A stretch of 40,404 bases of DNA from a virus. The notes beneath the pieces are model-generated. The model saw nothing but the letters and a program-made list of their open reading frames with translations. It was not told where the DNA came from and made no database searches. Positions within the stretch are counted from its first letter, which is position 1. Every line of letters begins with the position of its first letter. The DNA is taken from the UHGV virus genome UHGV-0391129; one strand, written 5' to 3'. The position numbers and the translations under genes were made by a program. Positions 1-8,582 of the stretch are shown here, piece by piece.

Positions 1-609
1 GGCAGTAGAAACAGCCGTAGATAGTCTCTGTTCGAGTTTTGAGACATTCCCCCACAAACGATTAGAGAACGTCTTTCCACTCCAAGGATAGTTCATAATG
101 GCTTCTAATTCTGCTTTTGGCAAAGGTGAGACATCACCCCCAAGTAGATAAGTCAATGCATTTACATTTGAGTTGTAAGTTCGGTTTACGATATCTTCCA
201 GCCGTTTATTAAACTTGCCTGTTGCATCTTTTTTTACCATAGAAGCAGCGAGTTCACTAAAAATATCCGTCCGCAGTTGAAGAAGTCGATTTACTTTGGC
301 GTAATCATATGGCGGGAAATATTCATCAATGAATTCTTGGTACTTCTCATCGGAATTCATCAATTCCTTATAGTTCTGGTCAATATACTTTCGATATTTT
401 TTTTGGTCACGCTTGCTGAACTCTTCTAATAACTCCGCTTGCGTCATATCGTGTAAATCCGCTTGAGATAGCAATTTAGCTTGAATATTTTTTAATGCTT
501 CCGGAAGAATATCTTGTAAGAGTTTGATTGTATCGTTTTCCGCTTTTAGCCTGGCTAAATCTTCTAATTCACGACGCTTTTCCCAATACTTATTAGACCA
601 TTTACTCAT
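1..609 (-). CDS. Minor head (head morphogenesis) protein, SPP1 gp7 / Mu F-like, N-terminal part; the ORF runs off the window start
   Basis: ATG at 609..607 overlaps the portal stop. The frame stays open (203 codons, hand-translated MSKWSNKYWEKRRELEDL...RLSTAVSTA) down to nt 1. It sits immediately downstream of the portal gene, as gp7-like genes do, and continues in frame with the ORF leaving the 3' end of the window. Confidence 0.6.
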   Translation of the reverse strand, partial: MSKWSNKYWEKRRELEDLARLKAENDTIKLLQDILPEALKNIQAKLLSQADLHDMTQAELLEEFSKRDQKKYRKYIDQNYKELMNSDEKYQEFIDEYFPPYDYAKVNRLLQLRTDIFSELAASMVKKDATGKFNKRLEDIVNRTYNSNVNALTYLLGGDVSPLPKAELEAIMNYPWSGKTFSNRLWGNVSKLEQRLSTAVSTA

Positions 610-2056
610 TATCCTCACCGACTTTGGCTAGATATTCGCTATCTGGATAAGCTTGATTGGATTCTACGTCCATCATTTCATTTTCGTAGTCCACGTCAGT
701 CACGAAGGGGATCTGGCTTTGAATAGTCCGTTTAGATACATAAGGTGCTAGTTTAGGCAATGCCTCAGCAAGATAACCTAAATCTGTCGGTAGTGACCGA
801 GAGAATGTAAAGATGATTTTATTCGGGTCGATATCAACTTTATTGGCAAATTTCATAAATGCCGCCATTGTTTCAGCACATTCTTTCAAACCTTCTCTAA
901 AATATTGCTCTTTGGTATTCGTCTTTGCTTCTAAACTGATGATTTGCCACTTGCGAGCTTCGCCAGAGCTATTTGACTTAAACACTTCATCATTGAAGTC
1001 AATTGCCTTACAGATTGTGTAAAATTGCTTTTTCAACAGATTTAAATGGTACTCATTAAAATCTTTTTGCAAATCCTTTGTAACATACCCTGCCTTAGAG
1101 CCAGCATCTCTCAAATTGATAATACCGAGTTGTTCCATCATGCGTTTAGCCTTATCCTCATTTAAATCAGCACCAGTAATCAACATGTAAGCTAATTTAA
1201 ATTGTTCGATTTCGTTCTGTTGGTCAGACAGCACACGATCGAGTGCATCGCTAATTTCTTCAGCAACTTCAAAATCGCAATAACGGTTCGTATTATTTTT
1301 AAATTCCGATAAATTAATTGTTCCTAATGGATTCGTGACATCGTCTAAAAATTTAAACTTACCAAAATCTTGCGCTACGCCATCAATATATCGGGCATAA
1401 GTAACAATCTTTGATTCTGTCACCAACTTCAATTCTTCATAATATTTCTTTTGATAGCTGTCATATTTATCTTGAATATAGACGGCACCATTTTCATATT
1501 TTTCAGCTTTCCAGGGCTCTATATTAGATGCCCAAAGCTCCCAACCGTTTTTAGTTTTATTCGGCTCTAACAACCTAAACGCTGCACCGCAAGCGCCCTG
1601 AAAAGTTGCTGTATCAGGGTCTAACATTGCAAAACGCATTTGGCTAATTTGATTAACTAGCGTATCAAATTCTTTTGGTACAGACGGTGTAGAAATTTTA
1701 TTTCCAACTAGCGTATCTCTTAACTTTTGGACTAAAGTTCGTTTCTGTTCAGATACGTCATAATCCCATTTAATCGGAATACCTACAAAGTGATTCACTG
1801 CTTGATCTACAACAATGTTATACATTCCGCCATGGATTTTATTATTAACTTTTATAATTTTCGTATCTGGTTTTTGACGATCATCAATTTCATTTTTCTC
1901 ACTAGTGTAAGCAAGATACTTTCGTTCACGATCATCAAAAAATGGCTTCATATCCTCAATAAAGCTATTTGGATTAAACATCCCATCTGCAATTTGTGTA
2001 GCATATTTAACTCTTAACCGTTTATATTTTTTTAACGATATTTCCGAATTAATCAA
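602..2056 (-). CDS. Portal protein (SPP1 gp6-type)
   Basis: 484 aa ORF directly downstream of terL and upstream of the gp7-like minor head gene; size and position are typical for a siphovirus portal. Confidence 0.75.
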   Translation of the reverse strand: MINSEISLKKYKRLRVKYATQIADGMFNPNSFIEDMKPFFDDRERKYLAYTSEKNEIDDRQKPDTKIIKVNNKIHGGMYNIVVDQAVNHFVGIPIKWDYDVSEQKRTLVQKLRDTLVGNKISTPSVPKEFDTLVNQISQMRFAMLDPDTATFQGACGAAFRLLEPNKTKNGWELWASNIEPWKAEKYENGAVYIQDKYDSYQKKYYEELKLVTESKIVTYARYIDGVAQDFGKFKFLDDVTNPLGTINLSEFKNNTNRYCDFEVAEEISDALDRVLSDQQNEIEQFKLAYMLITGADLNEDKAKRMMEQLGIINLRDAGSKAGYVTKDLQKDFNEYHLNLLKKQFYTICKAIDFNDEVFKSNSSGEARKWQIISLEAKTNTKEQYFREGLKECAETMAAFMKFANKVDIDPNKIIFTFSRSLPTDLGYLAEALPKLAPYVSKRTIQSQIPFVTDVDYENEMMDVESNQAYPDSEYLAKVGEDNE

Positions 2057-2067
2057 AATTCCACCTC

Positions 2068-3483
2068 CTAATAAGCGATAAATTCAAATTCGTCTCCACT
2101 CGCTATCGTCTCAGCAATGCCGGTTGTAGCATCTGGCGCATCATCATGCTTGTTCTTACCCTCACGTTGGTAACTTGTCATGGCTTGATAATATTCCGGA
2201 CATCTTGTTCGCCAATCTGCCGGCATTCTCACATGCTGTTCAATCCAGGCACTATTCGAATATATCCGTGCTTGTTTATTTGATGATTGGTAAAAATCCT
2301 CAATGGCTGCTGTACACTTGCTAACTATCTTCTCTTTAACTGCGCGCGCAAAAGAGCGTCCGCCATTATTCCGTTCAATACGGCTATGGTTGACGCCCTG
2401 ATTAATTATTTGATTTGCTACCGCTATTTCTGTATATTCCATTGGTTCTTGCGTATAAATGACGTCCAAAACATCCACATCACCACTACCATCATCCAGT
2501 TCGCCGAAAGCAATAGAACAGAGATAATCGGCACCGGTATCTGCAGTATCACAGTATTGCCAGATTTTGCGGTATTGTGATTTACTATCGTAAGTTCTGA
2601 ACTCTTTATATAGTCGTCCTTTAATATCAATTGGAGTTTGTTGATAGTTAGCAGCGGCTATGTCAGCTCCCATTGTTTTGATTTTCCGTTGATATTCTTT
2701 CTTTGACAGTATTTCTTCACATAACATCTTATCCGTTTTTTCATCGTACGCCTGCATATTTACGTGTTTCACCCGATATCCAGAATTAGGTAATTCTCGT
2801 AAAGCACGTCCAGCCAAATCATCGCTGTGCCATCGTGTCATGATAATAATAATTTTGCCACCCGATTCAAGACGAGATAGCATTGTATTGATAAACCAAT
2901 CCCAATGTTTTTCTAGCACCATCGCATTATTTGCTTCTTCAGCATTTTTAATTAAGTCATCAATGATGATAATATCTGCACCAAAACCGGTAGCAGTACC
3001 CGTAGGAGACGTAGCTAAATAGTTGTTATAGCCATTAGTTAAACTCCATAAATTCATTGCTCCGTCCCCTTGTTTAATAGATACACCAGGGAAAATATCG
3101 CTAAAGACAATTTTATTTTTATCTGCTTTGATTTCTTGTATGGCATTCCTAACACCTTTTGAAAAGGTCGTCGATAACGTTTCATTATACGAACCTGTCA
3201 TAATCTTTTTAGATTGATCATTCCCTAAAACCCATTCTACAAATTTACCGCCAGTTCTGGACTTTCCGTGACGAGGAGGCTCGTTTATTACAAGTACGTC
3301 ATGCTCATCATCAGATAAAAAACTTTGTAGTTCGTTGCATAAATCGGATAGGAATGTCCTACTAGATTTATAAAATTTTCCTGCTGTTGTCTGGCAATAA
3401 TCCCAAAAGAAACGGCGTGACAACTCAGCTTTAGCACCCGTAGCAATATTACCCATCACGAGATGCCAACTTTCTAAGTTCAT
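2068..3483 (-). CDS. terL: Terminase large subunit
   Basis: 471 aa with a P-loop-like motif NEPPRHGKSRTGG and a C-terminal nuclease-like region containing an acidic IIIIDD patch; 4-nt overlap with the upstream terS-like gene. Confidence 0.8.
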   Translation of the reverse strand: MNLESWHLVMGNIATGAKAELSRRFFWDYCQTTAGKFYKSSRTFLSDLCNELQSFLSDDEHDVLVINEPPRHGKSRTGGKFVEWVLGNDQSKKIMTGSYNETLSTTFSKGVRNAIQEIKADKNKIVFSDIFPGVSIKQGDGAMNLWSLTNGYNNYLATSPTGTATGFGADIIIIDDLIKNAEEANNAMVLEKHWDWFINTMLSRLESGGKIIIIMTRWHSDDLAGRALRELPNSGYRVKHVNMQAYDEKTDKMLCEEILSKKEYQRKIKTMGADIAAANYQQTPIDIKGRLYKEFRTYDSKSQYRKIWQYCDTADTGADYLCSIAFGELDDGSGDVDVLDVIYTQEPMEYTEIAVANQIINQGVNHSRIERNNGGRSFARAVKEKIVSKCTAAIEDFYQSSNKQARIYSNSAWIEQHVRMPADWRTRCPEYYQAMTSYQREGKNKHDDAPDATTGIAETIASGDEFEFIAY

Positions 3484-4033
3484 CCTCGGTTAAGTTAGCA
3501 TAAGGATTGCTTACGCCAACCAGGCCGGATAGTTCCGTTTCCTTTTTGTCACGCCATATTTCAGGTTTGCGATTTTTAAGCCAAAACGCAGCAGCTCCTG
3601 TATCTGGCGCTACTTGTTTATCAACCTCAAGAAATACAATGCGTTCTCGTGTAGGAACCGCCTTTATCGCAGCATCTTTAACTTCTTGCAAAACAGCTTC
3701 TGGGTGATCTAGTTTATAACGATTTTCAAATTCACGACGTTCGCTTTCAACTACATCTCTGTCTCTGTCTACAACTTTCGCTGTTCGCTCAGTATATTCA
3801 TAACCAATCGCTCTTTTAAAAAGCGCATTTTCAACTTGACGGTCTACCACTTCTTTTCCCTTTTTTAAGGCCTGACAAATCTGACTATAATTCTCTTTCC
3901 ATCGATACAAGGTTTTAGGTGCAATGCCCATATTTCCAGATATTTGTTCATCAGTGAGACCGTCGCGGGCCCAACCTTCAATTTTTATCAATCCTTCATC
4001 AGTTAACCATTCTTGATATTTACCCTTAGCCAC
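3449..4033 (-). CDS. terS: Terminase small subunit (HTH DNA-binding)
   Basis: 194 aa with an N-terminal HTH (GNMGIAPKTLYRWKENY) directly upstream of terL. GTG start preceded by AGGTGAG. Confidence 0.65.
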   Translation of the reverse strand: MAKGKYQEWLTDEGLIKIEGWARDGLTDEQISGNMGIAPKTLYRWKENYSQICQALKKGKEVVDRQVENALFKRAIGYEYTERTAKVVDRDRDVVESERREFENRYKLDHPEAVLQEVKDAAIKAVPTRERIVFLEVDKQVAPDTGAAAFWLKNRKPEIWRDKKETELSGLVGVSNPYANLTEDELRKLASRDG

Positions 4034-4164
4034 GATCTCACCTACTTTCTAATCAAAACAAAAAGACACCTGTCGCTGACAGATGCCTCTCATATATTTT
4101 TCGATAATACAATATTACAACATTTTTCTGGAGAAAAACATGAGATAAAAAACTCAAGATTTCC
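4034..4164 (-). promoter_or_regulatory. Late-operon leader/promoter region upstream of terS with a stem-loop (ctgtc-agc-gacag) followed by a T-run
   Basis: Read on the minus strand, the region contains TTGTAA...TATTAT-like hexamers, then the hairpin CATCTGTCAGCGACAGGTG followed by TCTTTTTGTTTTG, lying between the ArpU-like regulator gene and terS. Confidence 0.35.
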
Positions 4165-4605
4165 TCACGTTTTCCTCACGTTTTTACAAAATTCAAAATC
4201 TACTTTTTCTATTCCCTTTGCATAAAGATAACCCACATGTCTTAGTGAATAACTTTTTCTATCTGCTATATCTTCTAAAGACATACGGTCAATAAAGTAG
4301 CATTCCAACACCTCAGCAAAACGATCATCTTCTAAAGAATCAATGCAGTCGAAAATTTCAAATTTAATTTTCTTTGATTTTAAAACTAAATTATTAATTC
4401 TATGCTCCAGTTCTTCTTTTTTTGCTAACAAGTCGTCAGTAGTCAGAGGTTGTCCACCACGGGGCATATCAGTAATATTTTTCGTTTTTAATCCCTGAAG
4501 ATCACAATCAATTTGAAAAAGTTTATTTTCTAATTTTTCAACGCGTTGCATATATCGTCGATATCTACTTAAAAATTTTTTATTTTGGCGTACTTCCTCT
4601 TTCAA
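4165..4605 (-). CDS. Late transcriptional regulator, ArpU/RinA (DUF1492, sigma-70 region-4-like) family
   Basis: 146 aa with a C-terminal sigma-like HTH (MSLEDIADRKSYSLRHVGYLYAKGIEKV), sitting immediately upstream of terS as in many Firmicute siphoviruses. Confidence 0.6.
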   Translation of the reverse strand: MKEEVRQNKKFLSRYRRYMQRVEKLENKLFQIDCDLQGLKTKNITDMPRGGQPLTTDDLLAKKEELEHRINNLVLKSKKIKFEIFDCIDSLEDDRFAEVLECYFIDRMSLEDIADRKSYSLRHVGYLYAKGIEKVDFEFCKNVRKT

Positions 4606-4832
4606 ATAGCTTTACCTCCTGTAACTTGATTCAAATTACTTTCTTGATACTTCATCAAATCAGAAAGAAAGATATTAACCAAAGGATGATTATTGTATTT
4701 ATTTCCCAAGTGACCAATACTATTTACAAGCCACTCCCAATACTCATCTGTTGTAATGGGATACTTTTGACTAAATTTGTTTGATTCAATCATCCAGTTT
4801 TGTAAATCATAAAAAAAAGCACTCCAATTCAT
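4602..4832 (-). CDS. Hypothetical protein
   Basis: 76 aa ORF translationally coupled to its neighbours (ATGA overlaps). Confidence 0.4.
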   Translation of the reverse strand: MNWSAFFYDLQNWMIESNKFSQKYPITTDEYWEWLVNSIGHLGNKYNNHPLVNIFLSDLMKYQESNLNQVTGGKAI

Positions 4833-5227
4833 TACAACTCCTCGATTCTGATATAAATCCCTGTTTGGTCAGCCCAAAATTTTTCGACTATTTCGGAACA
4901 TACTAATGCATCATCTTTCCAGAAGCGACATTCAGTCATACAATCTTTCAATAATTTTTGTAGATTGTCAGTATCCGGTTTGGTGTATTTCCATTCACCA
5001 TTAAAATGTTTGCCTGTCACTGGGAACAACCATTTAACTGTCAAACGTACAGGACCTTCAATAATTTCACTAGGAACATTATGCGATAAGTAACCAGTTA
5101 ATTTTGATCGTGCCGCTTTCAAATCTGGTGGTTCGTAAAACACTGGCTTACCATTTACTACATGCACTTGTTTTTGTTGGTGGGTAACGGTTGGAACTTT
5201 AGCCATAGGCATGAAGAATTCAATCAT
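4832..5227 (-). CDS. rusA: RusA-like Holliday junction resolvase
   Basis: 131 aa; the KPDTDNLQKLLKDCMT motif matches the RusA catalytic region (KPD.DN..K...D). Confidence 0.65.
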   Translation of the reverse strand: MIEFFMPMAKVPTVTHQQKQVHVVNGKPVFYEPPDLKAARSKLTGYLSHNVPSEIIEGPVRLTVKWLFPVTGKHFNGEWKYTKPDTDNLQKLLKDCMTECRFWKDDALVCSEIVEKFWADQTGIYIRIEEL

Positions 5228-5411
5228 CTAACGGCACCTCTATTTCATATTTCAAAGTTCGTTGTCCATTTATTGTTTGGCTTTTGCTTTTAGTGATTTC
5301 AACAGCAGTTTTGTTTTTAGATTCGATGGCAATAAAAGCATAAATCAGAATTTCGGCGAAAATCTTGTTCTTCGGTTTCAATTTCCGATAATTCTCTAGA
5401 ATCTCGTTCAT
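5220..5411 (-). CDS. Hypothetical protein
   Basis: 63 aa ORF whose ATG overlaps the TGA of the upstream small ORF (ATGA coupling). Confidence 0.4.
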   Translation of the reverse strand: MNEILENYRKLKPKNKIFAEILIYAFIAIESKNKTAVEITKSKSQTINGQRTLKYEIEVPLDD

Positions 5412-5588
5412 AATCTAGCCTCTTTCGGCTTAATCCCATTCCGCTCCATTTCTCGACTGAGTTCTTCCTCAATTTGACGGAGTATAGTCTTTTCACGATG
5501 AATATCTTTTGGGGCAGCTCCTGGGCGCTGAATATAATATTGTAATGCATGCTTAATAATTTGTTTTTTAGTATAGGGTGACATCTAA
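5412..5588 (-). CDS. Small hypothetical protein (58 aa, below the ORF-track cut-off)
   Basis: Hand-translated MSPYTKKQIIKHALQYYIQRPGAAPKDIHREKTILRQIEEELSREMERNGIKPKEARL, with a GAGGAG RBS 6 nt upstream of the ATG. It replaces the overlapping track ORF 5317..5622, which is in another frame. Confidence 0.4.
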
Positions 5589-5639
5589 ACTCCTCATTTC
5601 TCGTTATTTTATACTGGTACATACCTATTTTTATTTTTC

Positions 5640-5830
5640 GTTTCCCTCAAATTTCATGTCTCTGTCTTCCCTTTATGTCTCTCTTTCCCTGAAAGGGAGA
5701 GAGACATAGGGAACAGGACACAGACGGAATAAGGGTTTTCGACTTGTGGAACGCTTAGGAACTCTTTTTAGGGGTTCACGTAAACACGTTATGTGGAATG
5801 CTTAGGAGCGCTAAATAGCGTTCTAATAAA
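5640..5830. repeat. Structured non-coding region with a 13-bp bulged hairpin (atgtctctctttccc/gggagagagacat), a flanking imperfect inverted repeat and two copies of GTGGAA(C/T)GCTTAGGA 47 bp apart
   Basis: Read directly from the sequence at 5655..5730 and 5745..5806. Located just 3' of the primase gene, and locally GC-rich compared with its surroundings. Confidence 0.5.
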
Positions 5831-8074
5831 TTAATTAGATATTTTTGTTACCGTTCCTACATCAACTTGAAACAGTTCATGTTTTTTAATTCGTTTGTAA
5901 AGAGCACTCTTTGATATTTCAAGATAATCGGCAATCTGCCCTGCATCTATTGAACCACCGTCTTCACTCAAAACATTGAAAGCCTCTTCCAATTCTTTTG
6001 CGGCCTTTTCTGATCGTGTCTCATTTGATTTCTGAACTCCCTTTTTCCAGTTTTCTTTTGGGTCCTCTTCTAACTTAATATCCTGCAGTGACTCATCCAA
6101 AATATGAATCGGATATTTAAACCAGGCGTTTACTGGTTTAAATTTCGGAAATTCTCGCAAGGTACCTTCCAGTCGCCAAGCCGATGCCTGACGTGCTGAT
6201 TCAATGGCCGCATTTTTTTGATCCTCAATCTCTTTCAGAATCGGCTGGGCGTGAATAGCAGACATAAGATGATGTTGCATCTGCTTTTTGCTGAACTGGT
6301 CATCCAAACCGATATCAGAATAGTCAGGATTGTATTTCTGAATTGCGTCATAGTAGACTTTACAAATTGCCTCATTCTCCAAAGCCATGTATCGGTCTTC
6401 GGTTACGGGCAATTCAATCAAATCTAAAATGGCATCGGGATCTCGGGCAAAAACTCCCGAACCAGAAGAACGATCCATTGAGTTCTTGCCGCCTTGAGAA
6501 CCTTTGCTGTGATGGTGGCAATAAATCACTGCACATCCTAATTCCGTAGCAATTTTGTCAAACTGATTGGTAAAGTTAGCCATCTCATGGGCACTGTTTT
6601 CGTCACCGGTCAGAACTTTATAGATTGGGTCAATAATGACTGCGATATAGCTTTCCTTTTGCGCCCGACGAATTAGCTTCGGTGCCAGCTTATCCATGGG
6701 GGAAGTTTTTCCGCGTAGATTCCAGACATCAATATTCGAAACGTGTTCATGTCCTTGGCCAAGCCGATTGTAGATTTCAAAAAAGCGCATCTTTGCGGAA
6801 TTTTCATCCAATTCCAAATTGACATATAGCACTTTTCCTTGCGTACAATTGAACCCCATCCATTGACGTCCTTCTGCAATAGCTATAGAAAGTTGCATCA
6901 GTGAGAAAGACTTTCCGGCTTTTGAAGGACCAGCAATCAACATCTTATGACCTTGGCGCAGAACACCAGAAATGAGTTCAGGGGCCAGTTCGATTTTTGT
7001 TTCAAACAAATCAGCTAGGCTTTCAGGATCAGGAAGATTGTCATTCATGTCCTCAATGTATTCTTGCCATTCCTCCCAGGAAGCTTTCCCAATGTTAGTG
7101 TCCACAAGAAATTGCTTTTTATTTCCTCGGATAAATCCTGGTAGCCGCGTTAACCTGGAAGGATTCTTGTTCTGCTTGTCTACCCTAAGACCATTCTTTT
7201 CTACTATCTTATATAGATAATCTACTCGTTCTTGATATTGCGGATAATTGACAGCATCTACTTTCACAATAGCATGTAGAGATTTCCCACCAGAATAAGT
7301 TAAAGTCACCACGGGCAATTCTAGTTCTCGGATAATCTCGTTCTGTTTAGCTATGTCCATGTTGTCAGATTCGACTAATGCATAACGAAAATCAACTACA
7401 TTATCATTTTTTACTCCTTGACCGTCCAAGGGATTGAAACGAATCCAAGCGCCGCTATTTGGGTTAGGGTCTCCCATGACAGCGCCGATATCTCCTTGAT
7501 ACCGTCGAAGTCCGTCAATGATTTCACCAGCCGTCTTGGTATAGACACCTGCTTTTGGCAGCCACTTTTCCGTTTCACCTTTTGTATGGAGATAACCATC
7601 GTTCACATAACCAATGATGTCCCCTGGAGCAAAAAGCGTTTCTAAATACTTGACCACCTCATTTGACGGATTCCAGTTCTGATCTGTCGGTTCCTTGATT
7701 TCTTTTCCTAGAACCCAATCTGTTTTGACCAACTTGTACCCTTTGTCCACGTCAGTAGCGATGAAACTATCATTCCAATCAAGGAAGGAATTGTCATCAT
7801 CACTATAGTGGGAGTGCCAGCCGTTGTCTTTGGCTAACTGGGTAATGGTAGCACCAGTAACCGGTGAGTTAGTCCCTTGAAAGGTATTCCATTTCTTTTC
7901 GACTTCACCATCATGATAACGTCCGGGATCGCGTTGACTCCATTCATCCCATTCAGCGACTGTGTAACCTTCATGCTTTAATGCCATACCTACATTTACC
8001 CATTCCTGATAATTCAGCATTGATGGGTCAATGTAATCCAACAATTCGATTAGATTCATTTTTACCTCAGACAT
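5831..8074 (-). CDS. Phage DNA primase/helicase (PriCT_1-like N-terminus, Prim-Pol-like core, AAA_25 RecA-like P-loop, C-terminal HTH)
   Basis: 747 aa. N-terminus YQEWVNVGMALKHEGYTVAEWDEWS is a PriCT-like motif, SGGKSLHAIV is Prim-Pol-like, Walker A is LIAGPSKAGKSFSLMQL, and the C-terminal HTH is AGQIADYLEISKSALYKRIKK. Confidence 0.7.
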   Translation of the reverse strand: MSEVKMNLIELLDYIDPSMLNYQEWVNVGMALKHEGYTVAEWDEWSQRDPGRYHDGEVEKKWNTFQGTNSPVTGATITQLAKDNGWHSHYSDDDNSFLDWNDSFIATDVDKGYKLVKTDWVLGKEIKEPTDQNWNPSNEVVKYLETLFAPGDIIGYVNDGYLHTKGETEKWLPKAGVYTKTAGEIIDGLRRYQGDIGAVMGDPNPNSGAWIRFNPLDGQGVKNDNVVDFRYALVESDNMDIAKQNEIIRELELPVVTLTYSGGKSLHAIVKVDAVNYPQYQERVDYLYKIVEKNGLRVDKQNKNPSRLTRLPGFIRGNKKQFLVDTNIGKASWEEWQEYIEDMNDNLPDPESLADLFETKIELAPELISGVLRQGHKMLIAGPSKAGKSFSLMQLSIAIAEGRQWMGFNCTQGKVLYVNLELDENSAKMRFFEIYNRLGQGHEHVSNIDVWNLRGKTSPMDKLAPKLIRRAQKESYIAVIIDPIYKVLTGDENSAHEMANFTNQFDKIATELGCAVIYCHHHSKGSQGGKNSMDRSSGSGVFARDPDAILDLIELPVTEDRYMALENEAICKVYYDAIQKYNPDYSDIGLDDQFSKKQMQHHLMSAIHAQPILKEIEDQKNAAIESARQASAWRLEGTLREFPKFKPVNAWFKYPIHILDESLQDIKLEEDPKENWKKGVQKSNETRSEKAAKELEEAFNVLSEDGGSIDAGQIADYLEISKSALYKRIKKHELFQVDVGTVTKISN

Positions 8075-8572
8075 CTAATCGCTCCAATCAAAAATGATTT
8101 TTTCTGTGTAATAAGTTCGGTTAATAAAATCTTTCCGCTCACTCTTTTCATATCTAATATTTATAGAATGAATTTTTATCTTTAACAATTTAATCGTAAG
8201 GGGATCTCTTAGCCGTCGATTAGTATAATCATCATCGTTTTGGAAAATAAATGCGTATTTAGAAAACCCTTTACTGGCTGATTGTAATAATTTCTTTTCA
8301 AGATGCTCTTTTTCATACCAGCGCTCAAACCAAATCTGGTGTGAATCTTTTTTCTTTTGTTGTAATTGTTCTTTTAGTGATTGACTTTCAAAACCTTCGA
8401 TTGGTTCATCAGCATTGTCGGATTCTACCAAAAGCTGTTCTGCAATTTTCATAACTTTCTTTCTGCCCTTTACATAGTGATTCATAAGGTCTTTCGGAAC
8501 ATTATCTAATCCACGGAAGAAAGCTAGTCCAACTGCTATCCATTCATCACGGGTCAAATCATTTTTCATCAA
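8075..8572 (-). CDS. Hypothetical protein; the 3' third is markedly more AT-rich than the 5' part
   Basis: 165 aa ORF between the helicase and primase genes, with no motif recognised. Confidence 0.4.
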   Translation of the reverse strand: MMKNDLTRDEWIAVGLAFFRGLDNVPKDLMNHYVKGRKKVMKIAEQLLVESDNADEPIEGFESQSLKEQLQQKKKDSHQIWFERWYEKEHLEKKLLQSASKGFSKYAFIFQNDDDYTNRRLRDPLTIKLLKIKIHSINIRYEKSERKDFINRTYYTEKIIFDWSD

Positions 8573-8582
8573 TTCTACCTCC

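Noticed and set aside
813-1022. Plus-strand ORFs of 60 to 250 aa lying inside long minus-strand genes (for example 813..1022, 1790..2017, 2287..2580, 2840..3022, 6218..6549, 8593..8904, 9274..9519, 28615..29166, 31208..31768, 32012..32374, 32675..33433, 36479..36712 and 37765..38010)
   Set aside because: They are shadow ORFs on the antisense strand of well-supported phage genes. They lack RBSs and many are hydrophobic low-complexity artefacts of antisense translation.
5317-5622. Track ORF of 101 aa on the minus strand
   Set aside because: It has no RBS and spans two better-supported, translationally coupled small ORFs (5412..5588 with a GAGGAG RBS, and 5220..5411) that lie in other frames.
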